A DNA stretch of 32,000 nucleotides from an uncultured Candidatus Saccharibacteria bacterium (GTDB lineage Bacteria; Patescibacteriota; UBA1384; XYA2-FULL-43-10; 1-14-0-10-43-13), in NCBI GenBank assembly GCA_964543385.1, contig CAZIYE010000001.1:630001-662000 (forward strand), in the 5' to 3' direction. Of the stretch, positions 19,539 through 28,908 are shown one piece after another (position 1 is the first letter of the stretch; every line of letters starts with the position of its first letter). The translations under genes were made by a program, and so were the position numbers. The notes beneath the pieces are model-generated. The model was not told the DNA's origin. It was given only the letters and a program-made list of their open reading frames with translations, and searched no databases.

Positions 19539-19658
19539 ATAATCAGTTGAATTACTGTTTACTTTCAACTTGGCAAATCACATGGAATGCCCATACTATT
19601 ATGATACCTGTTATAATGTAGTTGATTAATGTTGCCATAATCAAAATATAATTCTTAG

Positions 19659-20078
19659 TTATTTTTCTTTCTCGGTTTCTTCATCTTCTTCTGTTGATTT
19701 TTCAATCTCTTCTTCCTCGATTGCACTGCGGCATATATCGGCGCAGTTACGGCAAACAAGAGCACAGTTTTTCATGTGTTCATCATTAAATAATGTTTTA
19801 CAGGATTCGGCGCAGTCATCACATATAAAAGCACAAATACTGAGGAGATCACCGGCATACTCTGAACCACGAATTACAAAGTTTTCTGCTACGATACATA
19901 TCTCTGCGCAATCCAAGAGCCAAAGAACATGCTCTTTTTTGGCAAAGTCTCCACCTTCGTCCAAGGAGTGCATTACTCCCTCTAAACAACTTTCATGGCA
20001 TTGCGCTAGATTTGCCAGCAAACTCCTATCTTCAGCATCAATTTCCATGTCATTTGCATCCATTTTTTCTTTTTCCAT
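19659..20078 (-). CDS. Cys-rich four-helix-bundle copper-binding protein (Csp/DUF326-like)
   Basis: 12 Cys in the helical pattern CHESC ... CAEIC ... CAFICDDCAESC ... CALVCRNCADIC. Confidence 0.85.
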   Translation of the reverse strand: MEKEKMDANDMEIDAEDRSLLANLAQCHESCLEGVMHSLDEGGDFAKKEHVLWLLDCAEICIVAENFVIRGSEYAGDLLSICAFICDDCAESCKTLFNDEHMKNCALVCRNCADICRSAIEEEEIEKSTEEDEETEKEK

Positions 20079-20219
20079 ATTTCTCCTTGTGATAATTATC
20101 TCGATTGACTCTTAATTTACCGAAGAATATCGATAGCAAATATATAAGAAAATCTAGAAATTAGGCATTTATGGAGCAAAAAGTCATAGGAAAGTTAGAA
20201 GTAAAAGTATTCGCAAACA

Positions 20220-20636
20220 GTGACCATAATAAATATGCAAAGTATATTTGAGACACTTCAAGATTCTTTAGATTTCAATCAGCTCCTAAAAGCCATCAAT
20301 GAAACAAATTACTGGGAGATTTTTAATGGTAAGGGGCCCTTTACTCTTTTTGCACCAAATGATGAAGCTTTTGAAAATCTACCAGATAATCATTTCACTA
20401 AACTTTTTTGGAATAAGAGCAACCTAGCAGATATTATCAGTCAGCATGTAGTGATCGGGAGGTTGAAGGTTACTGATCTCCTCAAAATGGATGAGGTTTC
20501 AAATTTAAACAATAGAACTCTGGCTACCGAGAGATATAACGAAGGTTTTATCGTTGGCGGGGCCAAAATAATTAGAGGAGATATAGAATGCCTAAATGGC
20601 ATCATTCATGAAATTGATTTAGTGCTAATGCCCTAA
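20220..20636 (+). CDS. Fasciclin (FAS1) domain protein
   Basis: FNQLLKAINETNYWEIFNGKGPFTLFAPNDEAFENLP ... ISQHVVIGRL ... GIIHEIDLVLMP. Start is GTG or the internal ATG at 20235. Confidence 0.9.
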   Translation: MTIINMQSIFETLQDSLDFNQLLKAINETNYWEIFNGKGPFTLFAPNDEAFENLPDNHFTKLFWNKSNLADIISQHVVIGRLKVTDLLKMDEVSNLNNRTLATERYNEGFIVGGAKIIRGDIECLNGIIHEIDLVLMP

Positions 20637-20679
20637 CCGTTTGGAGTTGAAGGTTTTCATTGGTATAATCTAAGACAAG

Positions 20680-21165
20680 ATGGAAATCATTGTCTTTATT
20701 TTTTTACTGATAGTATTGCTTATTGGCTTTTTGGGGATAATGTTTCCTGTCCTCCCAGGATTGCCTTTTATGTTTTGTGCGGTTTTGGTTTATGCAATAT
20801 TTGATCATTTCAATCATGTTTCTGGCAATGAATTAATTATACTCGGAATATTCGCAGCAATTTCTCTTCTTGTTGATTATTTAGCAGGTGCCTTAGGGGC
20901 AAAAATGTTTGGTGCTTCAGCTAAAGGTACAGTAGGTGGTATAGTCGGGTCTATTATCGGCTTGTTGCTCTTCCCGCCGTTAGGAATATTCATCGGTCTT
21001 GCTTTGGGCGTCCTTATTACGGAACTAGTATTCGCTAAGAAAACTATTAAAGAGTCGACAAAAATCACTACAGGAGCGCTATTGGGAGCACTAGCTGGAA
21101 TAGTGATTAATCTTATTGTAGGCTTAGCTTTTCTAATTACATTCATAATCTCTTATTGGAACTAA
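20680..21165 (+). CDS. DUF456 family membrane protein
   Basis: GIMFPVLPGLPFMFCAVLVYAIFD ... DYLAGALGAKMFGASAKGTVGGIVGSIIGLLLFPPLGIFIG. Confidence 0.88.
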   Translation: MEIIVFIFLLIVLLIGFLGIMFPVLPGLPFMFCAVLVYAIFDHFNHVSGNELIILGIFAAISLLVDYLAGALGAKMFGASAKGTVGGIVGSIIGLLLFPPLGIFIGLALGVLITELVFAKKTIKESTKITTGALLGALAGIVINLIVGLAFLITFIISYWN

Positions 21166-23055
21166 ATGAATTTCAAGAAAGAAAAAGTTATTTTCGCAAT
21201 TTCGGGTGTTGCCGGTGCTGGCAAAGATACTTTACTCGATTTTTTGCGAGAAAAGGGTTGTGCTATTTCCGTTTCTTATACCGATAGGCAAGCGAGAGAA
21301 GGAGAAATCGACGGCAAATCTTACAACTTTATTTCTGAAGAAGAATTTACAAAAGCAGTCGAAAACGGTGAATTCATAGAGTGGGAGAGAACAAGAGGGG
21401 AAATCCGTTACGGCAAGATGAAAAGTGAATTTGAATCTGCCTTAAATTCCGGTAAGACTTCGGTAATGCAAATAGATGTTCTGGGAGCCCAAAAATTCAA
21501 AAAGATGGGCTATGAGATAGTAACCATTTTTGTTATTCCTCCAAGTCTGGAAGAGGCGATGAATCGTTTAAAAGTTCGAAACACTGATACAGAAGATCAG
21601 CTAAAAATCAGAGTTGAACGTTATGAGCTCGAAATGTCTTACAAAGATAAATATGATCATGTTGTTGTAAATGATGATTTGGAAAAAGCAAAACAAGAGA
21701 TTTTGGATATAGTAGAAAAAGAGTCAAAGAAATTTGAAAAGAAAAAGAGACTGACCGAGATTGTTAGAAACTCTTATGTAATTCTCTCTTTATTTGCAGT
21801 GATTGGATTTGGTTTTTTTCAGTCTTATCAATATGAGAAGACTTCTATTACAAAAAGACTGACGACGCTGCAGGTCGAACCCCCTAAAGAAGAAGTAAAT
21901 AACGTAGTGGAAACCCCTCCGGAGGAAATAAAAAAAGAAACTCCAGTAGTGATAACTCCGGTAGTAAAGCCGCCGTCAAAAGAAGTCAAAAAGAAAATTG
22001 CAGCTAGTCCCCCCAAATATACGCCACCGCCACAAAATGTTGTAGGTGAGACTAAAACAAATAGTGATGGATCTACAACGACGGCTGTATCGACAGGCGG
22101 TGAAGTCAATGACTCTGATCTCCAAAAAATTGCCCAGTCAGAAGTCCAAGCTAGTACGCCTCTAGATATTCCTTATAACGACGAGACCACTAGATTTGCC
22201 GATCTAAAACCTATTCTATTGAACTACATGAATTCTGTTTTGAAGTGGAAGGACGAGGTCAAGGAGCTAAAGGAAATAGCCATAAGAGATGCAGGAGCTA
22301 GTGGCTGGCTTGGCGTTTACCAAGGTAATTACATCCAGGAGGCTGATGATGGCAAGATTAGTGGTTCCGGAATGATAGTCATAAATACTTACTATATAGA
22401 AAGAGATTATTGTGCCGGAGACCGTGATTTTGATGGATGCGAGGGGGAATATGCAAAATATATTCTAGCTCATGAATATGGTCATCACTACACGATATAC
22501 CACAAACTTGTAGATTGGGGATTACTGCCAAATGAACGTTTTCCTGACAGTTATTATAATACTAGACCTTTGAGCAAAACTTCGACTGCGACAGACTACT
22601 CTTTGGGTTGGCAAAATTGCGAAGCAGAAATTATAGCCGAGGATTATTCATATTTTTATTCAGGTTATGGTCTGCATCGCATGTCTGGTACATATGGCAA
22701 TCCATCTCTACTTACAAAAAATTGGCTTGACAATATCGGTAGTCCTGCGCCAACATTTACTATCATCTCTCCTGAAGGCGGTGCTAATCTGGCTGGCAAT
22801 ATAACGTTAAAAATTGAGGCGGCTAGCAACTCCGCTATACAAAACGTCTTATTTTATATTGGTGATAATCTGATAAGTCTTCCTGATAATAAGTCCCTTG
22901 AAATAATAATTGACACAACCGCTTATGCTAATGGTGGGTACGTCCTTAAAGCTGTTGTCGATAACGGAATCTTATCCACAACAAAAGAAATAAATGTGAC
23001 TATCTATAATGTTCCTCCTGCTGAAACTCCGCCGCCTACTACAGAGATACCTTGA
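21166..23055 (+). CDS. Guanylate kinase domain - TM helix - Pro/Lys linker - HExxH metallopeptidase-like domain - C-terminal beta/Ig-like domain, single ORF
   Basis: Guanylate kinase: GVAGAGKDTL, VSYTDRQAREGEIDGKSYNF, GEIRYGKMKSEF, MQIDVLGAQKFKK. TM YVILSLFAVIGFGFFQSY (about 21775-21830). HEYGHH at 22471-22488 with downstream CEAEIIAEDY. Ig/cadherin-like FTIISPEGGANLAGNITLKIEA. Directly abuts the DUF456 gene (TAAATG). Confidence 0.85.
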   Translation: MNFKKEKVIFAISGVAGAGKDTLLDFLREKGCAISVSYTDRQAREGEIDGKSYNFISEEEFTKAVENGEFIEWERTRGEIRYGKMKSEFESALNSGKTSVMQIDVLGAQKFKKMGYEIVTIFVIPPSLEEAMNRLKVRNTDTEDQLKIRVERYELEMSYKDKYDHVVVNDDLEKAKQEILDIVEKESKKFEKKKRLTEIVRNSYVILSLFAVIGFGFFQSYQYEKTSITKRLTTLQVEPPKEEVNNVVETPPEEIKKETPVVITPVVKPPSKEVKKKIAASPPKYTPPPQNVVGETKTNSDGSTTTAVSTGGEVNDSDLQKIAQSEVQASTPLDIPYNDETTRFADLKPILLNYMNSVLKWKDEVKELKEIAIRDAGASGWLGVYQGNYIQEADDGKISGSGMIVINTYYIERDYCAGDRDFDGCEGEYAKYILAHEYGHHYTIYHKLVDWGLLPNERFPDSYYNTRPLSKTSTATDYSLGWQNCEAEIIAEDYSYFYSGYGLHRMSGTYGNPSLLTKNWLDNIGSPAPTFTIISPEGGANLAGNITLKIEAASNSAIQNVLFYIGDNLISLPDNKSLEIIIDTTAYANGGYVLKAVVDNGILSTTKEINVTIYNVPPAETPPPTTEIP

Positions 23056-23163
23056 TGGGCTGGATAAAAAAAGTAAGCATATAAGAAATATATGTTTATA
23101 AATAATAAAGAAACTATCTCCTAGACTAGCAATATCAAGTTGTTGATAAATAAAGTTCTCTAA

Positions 23164-23179
23164 CCACTACATATAGTGT
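23164..23179. promoter_or_regulatory. NrdR-box-like palindrome 1
   Basis: CCACTACATATAGTGT, resembling acaCwAtATaTwGtgt. Confidence 0.8.
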
Positions 23180-23196
23180 TTTAGTCTACCACTTTG

Positions 23197-23212
23197 CCAC
23201 TACATATAGTGG
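23197..23212. promoter_or_regulatory. NrdR-box-like palindrome 2
   Basis: CCACTACATATAGTGG, 33 bp (about 3 helical turns) from box 1 and upstream of nrdD. Confidence 0.82.
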
Positions 23213-23398
23213 TTAATTCTTTTGAAACTATTGACCGAACAAATGGCGAATAGTAACATATTAATTACCGAAAAAATGTTGTTAAGCTGTTCAATCAGCG
23301 GTGAGAAAGCGTTAAGAATTGGCCGTTCTAACCAAATTTTCTCTCCCTGATGAATGACCGGTAACAACTGGTAATTATTAAAAATCTGGAGGGCCTAA

Positions 23399-25651
23399 AT
23401 GTTCACAAAAATTAGAAAAAGAAATGGTAAAATAGTTGAATTCAGCGTCGACAAAATTGCAAAAGCTATTGCAAAAGCTGGTGCATCAACTGGCGAATTC
23501 GATGAAGATGTAGCTAAAAAATTGGCAGAGAAAGTTGCTAATGAGGCACCCGCAAAAGTTCATCGAAAAATCCCAACTGTTGAAGAAATGCAGGACGTTG
23601 TCGAGGATGTATTACTCTCTTCTAAATATAAAAAGACCGCCAAGGGATATATCGTTTATAGAGAAAAACATGCGGAAATGCGCGAACTAGCTGAATCTCA
23701 ACGTGTAGATCTGATGGACCAATATCTAGGCAATCTCGACTGGCAGGTCAAAGAAAATTCAAACATGGCCTACTCATTACAGGGTTTGAACAACTATGTC
23801 GCCTCTGAAATCTCCAAGAGTTATTGGCTTCATAAAGTATATCCTGAAGAGGTTGCACGAGCCAATTCCGAAGGTGATATGCATATTCATGATCTTGATA
23901 AATTGTCCACCTATTGTGTTGGTTGGGATCTCCAGGATCTTCTAAGAGAAGGTTTCAAGGGTGCAGAAGGTAAGATCGAATCTAGCCCAGCAAAACATTT
24001 AAAAACTGCACTAGGTCAATTGGTCAACTTCTTTTATACCCTTCAGGGCGAATCAGCCGGTGCTCAAGCTGTTTCTAGCTTTGATACTCTTATGGCTCCA
24101 TTTATCCGTTATGACAATCTCAGCAAAGAAGAAGTCAAGCAAGCCCTCCAAGAGTTCATGTTCAATATGAATGTCCCTACCAGAGTTGGTTTTCAGACTC
24201 CATTTACAAACGTAACAATGGATTTGGTCTGCCCTTCGACTATTGCAGATGAGCCTGTTATCATCGGCGGTAAACCTCAGAAGGAAACTTACAAAGAGTT
24301 TCAAAAAGAGATGAATATCTTCAATCAAGCATTTACTGAAGTTATCTCTGCTGGTGATGCTCGAGGTCGCGTCTTTACTTTCCCAATCCCAACTTACAAT
24401 ATTACCAAGGATTTTGATTGGAACAATAAAGAAATTGATGGTCTCTGGGAAATGACCGCCAAATATGGTATCCCTTATTTCTCAAACTTTGTGAATTCCG
24501 ATATGAGCCCAGATGATGCTAGAAGTATGTGTTGCAGACTTCGTCTCGACAATAGAGAGCTTCGAAAACGTGGCGGTGGTTTATTTGGCGCAAATCCGCT
24601 CACTGGTTCAGTCGGCGTAGTTACTATTAACTTACCTCGTCTTGGCTATCGTTCACGAGACAAAAGAGAGTTCCTTTTTAATCTTTCCTACGTCATGGAT
24701 CTTGCCAAAGATTCCTTGGAGATGAAGAGAAAAGTTCTAGAGAATATGACTGAGTCAGGACTGTATCCTTATACTAAATTCTATCTTAGAAATATTAAGG
24801 CACGTGACGGCAGATATTGGGGTAATCACTTCTCGACTATTGGGCTTCTTGGTATGAATGAAGCGGCGCTTAACTTGATCGGTCGTGATATTGCTACTGC
24901 TGATGGTCTACAATTCGCCAAAGAGGTTCTCGAGTTCATGAGAGAGCGCATGGCAAAGTATCAGGAAGAGACAGGCAACTACTATAATCTTGAAGCAACC
25001 CCTGCCGAAGGCACCTCATTCCGTTTGGCTCTAAAAGATAAAGAGCGATATCCGGAAATCATGGTTGCTAATGAAAGCTCTTATCGAGAAAACAACGTCC
25101 CACCTTATTATACTAACTCCTCTCATATCCCTGTTGATTACACCGATGACGCCTTCGAACTTTTGGATCTTCAGGACGATCTTCAGACCAAATACACTGG
25201 CGGCACGGTCATACACACCTTTGTCGGCGAGGAAATAAAAGATGTCGAATCAGTCAAAGCTTTCGTCAAAACAGTCTGTCAGAACTACCGCTTACCATAC
25301 TTTACCATCACTCCAACATTTTCGGTCTGCCCACAACATGGCTATATTGCTGGCAAACATATGACTTGCGACAAATGTGGCTCAAAAAACGAAGTGTATT
25401 CCAGAATAGTTGGCTATATTCGCCCAATCCAGCAGTGGAATGCAGGCAAACGCGCTGAGTTTGAAGACAGAAATACTTACAATATCAGCAAGAAAAAGTG
25501 TGTAAAAACCGAAGATGAATTCGAGACAAAGAAGATGCCTTTTGCAGAAACACTCGAATCGACGGTTGAAAAAGCTACTGAAAAAATCAGAAATAAAGTA
25601 TTGGCTACTGCGGAGGTGGGAGTCGAGACTGAACAAGGGGCGCTGGTTTAA
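23399..25651 (+). CDS. nrdD: Anaerobic ribonucleoside-triphosphate reductase
   Basis: N-terminal ATP-cone (KIRKRNGKIVEFSVDKIAKAI); NrdD body (MHIHDLDKLSTYCVGWDL); C-terminal zinc site CPQHG...CDKCGS and glycyl radical loop YSRIVGYIRPIQQWNAGKRAEF. Confidence 0.97.
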   Translation: MFTKIRKRNGKIVEFSVDKIAKAIAKAGASTGEFDEDVAKKLAEKVANEAPAKVHRKIPTVEEMQDVVEDVLLSSKYKKTAKGYIVYREKHAEMRELAESQRVDLMDQYLGNLDWQVKENSNMAYSLQGLNNYVASEISKSYWLHKVYPEEVARANSEGDMHIHDLDKLSTYCVGWDLQDLLREGFKGAEGKIESSPAKHLKTALGQLVNFFYTLQGESAGAQAVSSFDTLMAPFIRYDNLSKEEVKQALQEFMFNMNVPTRVGFQTPFTNVTMDLVCPSTIADEPVIIGGKPQKETYKEFQKEMNIFNQAFTEVISAGDARGRVFTFPIPTYNITKDFDWNNKEIDGLWEMTAKYGIPYFSNFVNSDMSPDDARSMCCRLRLDNRELRKRGGGLFGANPLTGSVGVVTINLPRLGYRSRDKREFLFNLSYVMDLAKDSLEMKRKVLENMTESGLYPYTKFYLRNIKARDGRYWGNHFSTIGLLGMNEAALNLIGRDIATADGLQFAKEVLEFMRERMAKYQEETGNYYNLEATPAEGTSFRLALKDKERYPEIMVANESSYRENNVPPYYTNSSHIPVDYTDDAFELLDLQDDLQTKYTGGTVIHTFVGEEIKDVESVKAFVKTVCQNYRLPYFTITPTFSVCPQHGYIAGKHMTCDKCGSKNEVYSRIVGYIRPIQQWNAGKRAEFEDRNTYNISKKKCVKTEDEFETKKMPFAETLESTVEKATEKIRNKVLATAEVGVETEQGALV

Positions 25652-25687
25652 TCCCCATTTGATATTTCGAACATATTGTTCGAGCGT

Positions 25688-25715
25688 AAGCGAGAACTGT
25701 CAGCAGTTCTCGCTT
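25688..25715. promoter_or_regulatory. Intercistronic hairpin between nrdD and nrdG
   Basis: AAGCGAGAACTG-tcag-CAGTTCTCGCTT, perfect 12-bp stem with 4-nt loop. Confidence 0.75.
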
Positions 25716-25735
25716 CGTTTAAACAAAAGGACCAA

Positions 25736-26428
25736 ATGGAAATAGCAGGGATACAAAAACTTACATTAGTAGACTTTCCAGGTCATGTTGCGGCAACGGT
25801 TTTTACTAGAAGTTGTAATTTTCGCTGTGGTTTTTGTCATAATCCGGAGCTTGTCTTGCCAGCACAATATAACGAGCTTCTGTCTGAGCAACAGATAGTT
25901 GATTTCATGATATCGCGCTTTGGCAAATTAAATGGAATATGTATCACCGGAGGAGAACCTACCCTCCAAAAGGACTGTGATAAATTTATTTCCCATATGA
26001 GGGCTCTTGGCTTTGACGTGAAATTAGATACCAACGGCAGCAATCCCAAGATGCTTAAAAAAATTATCAAGGATGGTGATGTAAATTACATTGCTATGGA
26101 TATCAAAGGTCCTTATCAAAAATATAATGAGATTACCTCTTCAAATGACTCGTTGCTCACAGAAAAAGTAAAAGAGAGTATTGAACTCATAATGAATTCA
26201 GGAATAGATTATGAATTCCGCACCACTGTCTGCCATCCTCTCCATGAGGTGAATGATTTTAAAGAAGTGGGAGAGATGATCAAGGGTGCAAAACACTATT
26301 TTATACAACAATTTGTCAAGTCCAAATCAATCAATAGTGAGATGGACTACAAGCCACTTAAAGACTTTGAGGTTGAAGAAATAAAAAACATTATGACACA
26401 ATATGTCAATGAAGTGTCTATTAGATAG
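25736..26428 (+). CDS. nrdG: Anaerobic ribonucleoside-triphosphate reductase activating protein (radical SAM)
   Basis: CNFRCGFCHNPELV radical-SAM motif; GGEPTLQKD; adjacent to nrdD. Track start is TTG 25676; ATG 25736 (MEIAGIQKLTLVDFPG) is likelier. Confidence 0.92.
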   Translation: MEIAGIQKLTLVDFPGHVAATVFTRSCNFRCGFCHNPELVLPAQYNELLSEQQIVDFMISRFGKLNGICITGGEPTLQKDCDKFISHMRALGFDVKLDTNGSNPKMLKKIIKDGDVNYIAMDIKGPYQKYNEITSSNDSLLTEKVKESIELIMNSGIDYEFRTTVCHPLHEVNDFKEVGEMIKGAKHYFIQQFVKSKSINSEMDYKPLKDFEVEEIKNIMTQYVNEVSIR

Positions 26429-26440
26429 AAGAAGGGGTTT

Positions 26441-27376
26441 ATGTTTGAATCATTTGTAAAATCTATTATCATGAAATTTATTCCTGAAGGTCATCTTTTT
26501 GATGCGGTTAGTTTTTTTATTTACGATGTTATCAAAATTTCACTCCTGATGATTATTATCATTTTTATTGTCTCCATTGTCCGTACTTATTTACCACCAG
26601 CTAAAATAAAAAAAATTCTCTCGCACAAAAATTCAATTCTCGGTAATATCTCGGCAAGTTTTCTAGGCATCATTACGCCATTTTGTACTTGTTCGGCTAT
26701 TCCACTATTCCTTGGTTTTCTTGAAGCCGGAGTACCATTAGGCGTGACTTTTTCATTTTTAGTTGCCAGCCCGATGATAAATGAGATCGCAATTGTACTA
26801 TTGCTCGGAACTTTTGGCTGGAAGATTGCCCTTATTTATGTAGTTAGCGGACTCCTGATTGCAATTATTTCCGGCTTGATTATCGGCAAAATGAATGTCG
26901 AGAGTCTCATAAACGAAGATTTCGCGACCAGAAAAATTGCCGATCCAGTAGTTTACAAGAGTTTTAAGGACAGAGCTATCTATGGTAATGATTATGCATT
27001 TAGTATTTATAAGAAAGTGTTACCATATCTGCTGATCGGTATTGCTCTCGGTGCTTTTATGCATGGCTATGTGCCGGCAGATTTCTTATCAAAATATATA
27101 GGAGAAGGGAACTGGTTTGCGGTTCCGCTTGCAGTTTTATTTGGAGTACCACTTTACTCAAATGCAGCTGGAGTAATCCCGCTGATTTCTGTACTGACAG
27201 AAAAAGGTGTGGCAATCGGCACAAGTCTTGCCTTTATGATGGCAGTAGTCGGACTTTCGTTGCCAGAGTTCATGATTTTAAAGAGGATAATGAAACCAAA
27301 ACTAATAATTATTTTTGCCGCTACCGTTGCAACCGGAATTATTTTGACCGGATACCTGTTTAATGCAATCATCTAA
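26441..27376 (+). CDS. Permease, DUF318/ArsP-like
   Basis: ITPFCTCSAIPLFLGFLEAGVPLGVTFSFLVASPMINEIA; VPLYSNAAGVIPLISVL. Confidence 0.9.
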   Translation: MFESFVKSIIMKFIPEGHLFDAVSFFIYDVIKISLLMIIIIFIVSIVRTYLPPAKIKKILSHKNSILGNISASFLGIITPFCTCSAIPLFLGFLEAGVPLGVTFSFLVASPMINEIAIVLLLGTFGWKIALIYVVSGLLIAIISGLIIGKMNVESLINEDFATRKIADPVVYKSFKDRAIYGNDYAFSIYKKVLPYLLIGIALGAFMHGYVPADFLSKYIGEGNWFAVPLAVLFGVPLYSNAAGVIPLISVLTEKGVAIGTSLAFMMAVVGLSLPEFMILKRIMKPKLIIIFAATVATGIILTGYLFNAII

Positions 27377-27382
27377 AAAGCG

Positions 27383-27423
27383 AAAAGGACGCGAGAGCCT
27401 ATGAGGGCAGGTTGCGTCCTTTT
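27383..27423. terminator. Terminator-like hairpin between convergent genes
   Basis: AAAAGGACGC ... GCGTCCTTTT. Confidence 0.75.
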
Positions 27424-27446
27424 GAAGAGGGGGTATCGTACGAGGA

Positions 27447-27791
27447 TTATTGCACGATACAGAAGGGGAGTTTGCCGATGTGAATCAGCCCATCGACCTC
27501 GGGGAGACCGGTGACTTTGTGATTACACCACCAGACATTCGAGATGGAGCTGGCGCTGGAAATCGTGATAGCACCGACTTTTTCCACGATCTCCATCAGG
27601 TCGATTTCGGTCTCCATCGTGAAGATGGGCAGTTCGGTCAGCTTCGGGTTATTCGTGCAGCTGCCGCCGTGTGGGCAGTACACGATCTGGAGTGGCGTGG
27701 TCTCTTCGGCAAAGGTAGCCGATAAACCGGCGAGGGCTTCGCGAAGGGCATCCGCTGTGGGTTTGCCGCTGAGCAGGTATCTTTTCAGCAT
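27447..27791 (-). CDS. Small hypothetical protein, GC-rich relative to neighbours
   Basis: 114 aa, SD (AGGAGA) upstream of the minus-strand start, two CxxxxxC-like motifs (VYCPHGGSC, WWCNH). Confidence 0.6.
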   Translation of the reverse strand: MLKRYLLSGKPTADALREALAGLSATFAEETTPLQIVYCPHGGSCTNNPKLTELPIFTMETEIDLMEIVEKVGAITISSASSISNVWWCNHKVTGLPEVDGLIHIGKLPFCIVQ

Positions 27792-27882
27792 AGTTTTCTC
27801 CTATTTCGGCAGTTGCCAAGATTGGCTTAACTGTTTATAACACAATATTATTAAATTGGCTACCATAATCCTTAATGAATAG

Positions 27883-27912
27883 TCGCCAGGAAGTGAAATC
27901 ACCGCCTGGCGA
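27883..27912. terminator. Hairpin overlapping the 3' end of the 27899-28231 ORF
   Basis: TCGCCAGG ... CCTGGCGA 8-bp stem across the stop codon. Confidence 0.55.
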
Positions 27913-28231
27913 ATGGAACAACATCGAGATCGATTACTTTCCATTGGGCAATCCAGTCATCCTCATCCTCTGCTGGGATTTGGGCCAATGCGAGCCATTC
28001 GCCAAATGGCTTATTGTTTTCGATCCGTCGGAGTAGGCGGTCGAAGTGGACACCCTTGATCTGCCTGACTGAGACATAAAGCTCGATATATCCAAAGCCG
28101 ATATAATAGTTCCAGATTGTTACATTAAATCGGCGCGTGTTACCTTTGGTGGTTTGGACTGTGATTTTGAGCTTTCTCTCAATGGGCGATTTTGGCAAAC
28201 CAAGAGCATTAAGAATTTCTACTTCTCTCAT
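27899..28231 (-). CDS. Small hypothetical protein, GC-rich relative to neighbours
   Basis: 110 aa with strong SD (AAAGGGGG) upstream on the minus strand. Confidence 0.6.
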   Translation of the reverse strand: MREVEILNALGLPKSPIERKLKITVQTTKGNTRRFNVTIWNYYIGFGYIELYVSVRQIKGVHFDRLLRRIENNKPFGEWLALAQIPAEDEDDWIAQWKVIDLDVVPFARR

Positions 28232-28355
28232 GGTAGGCCCCCTTTAGATAGATAGTACATTTAAATATCTTCAATTCATTATGCTTTATCCTAATTTTGC
28301 AATGAGATGGGAGATATGAAATAATTTTAGTGGCATTAAGTTAACAAGGATTCAT

Positions 28356-28802
28356 ATGACAGACAGGAAAATGGGCATCGGTTTAGGAGTGATGATTTTA
28401 AGCGATAGCAAAGTGTTGCTTGGCCAACGTCATATCGATCCCAGTAAGGCGGATTCAGAATTGCATGGCGAAGGAACCTGGACAATGCCAGGAGGCAAAT
28501 TGGAATTCGGCGAAAGCTTTGAAGATGCCTGTATTCGTGAAACCAGTGAAGAAACAGGACTCATAATTAGAAAAGAAGACCTTAAACTGATTAGTCTGAC
28601 CAATGATATTGTTCCGACAGCCCATTTTGTAACAGTAGGCTTCCTCTGCGAAATTTTTGAGGGCACGCCAAAAGTGATGGAGCCAGATGAGATTACTGAT
28701 TGGAACTGGTTTGACCTAAACAACTTGCCTGCAAAAGTTTTCCCACCAAGCCAAAAAGTATTAGATAATTATATCGCTGGCAAGATCTATAGGACTGAAT
28801 AA
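28356..28802 (+). CDS. Nudix hydrolase (MutT/NudG-like)
   Basis: MPGGKLEFGESFEDACIRETSEETGLII, canonical Nudix box. Confidence 0.93.
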   Translation: MTDRKMGIGLGVMILSDSKVLLGQRHIDPSKADSELHGEGTWTMPGGKLEFGESFEDACIRETSEETGLIIRKEDLKLISLTNDIVPTAHFVTVGFLCEIFEGTPKVMEPDEITDWNWFDLNNLPAKVFPPSQKVLDNYIAGKIYRTE

Positions 28803-28810
28803 AAATAAAA

Positions 28811-28842
28811 GACCGGATCACACTGCAAGAGTGTGTCCGGTC
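28811..28842. terminator. GC-rich terminator-like hairpin between convergent genes
   Basis: GACCGGA(t)CACACT-gcaag-AGTGTGTCCGGTC, long stem with one bulge. Confidence 0.8.
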
Positions 28843-28908
28843 ATAAGTAGTCCATTGGGCATTCGCCCAGATGAGAGTCGGTAACTGATTGACATGAGTC
28901 AATCTTGA

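Noticed and set aside
24053-25745. ORFs overlapping nrdD/nrdG on both strands
   Set aside because: Fully explained as shadows of nrdD and nrdG. The plus-strand 25515-25745 ORF is out of frame through the nrdD C-terminus and the hairpin.
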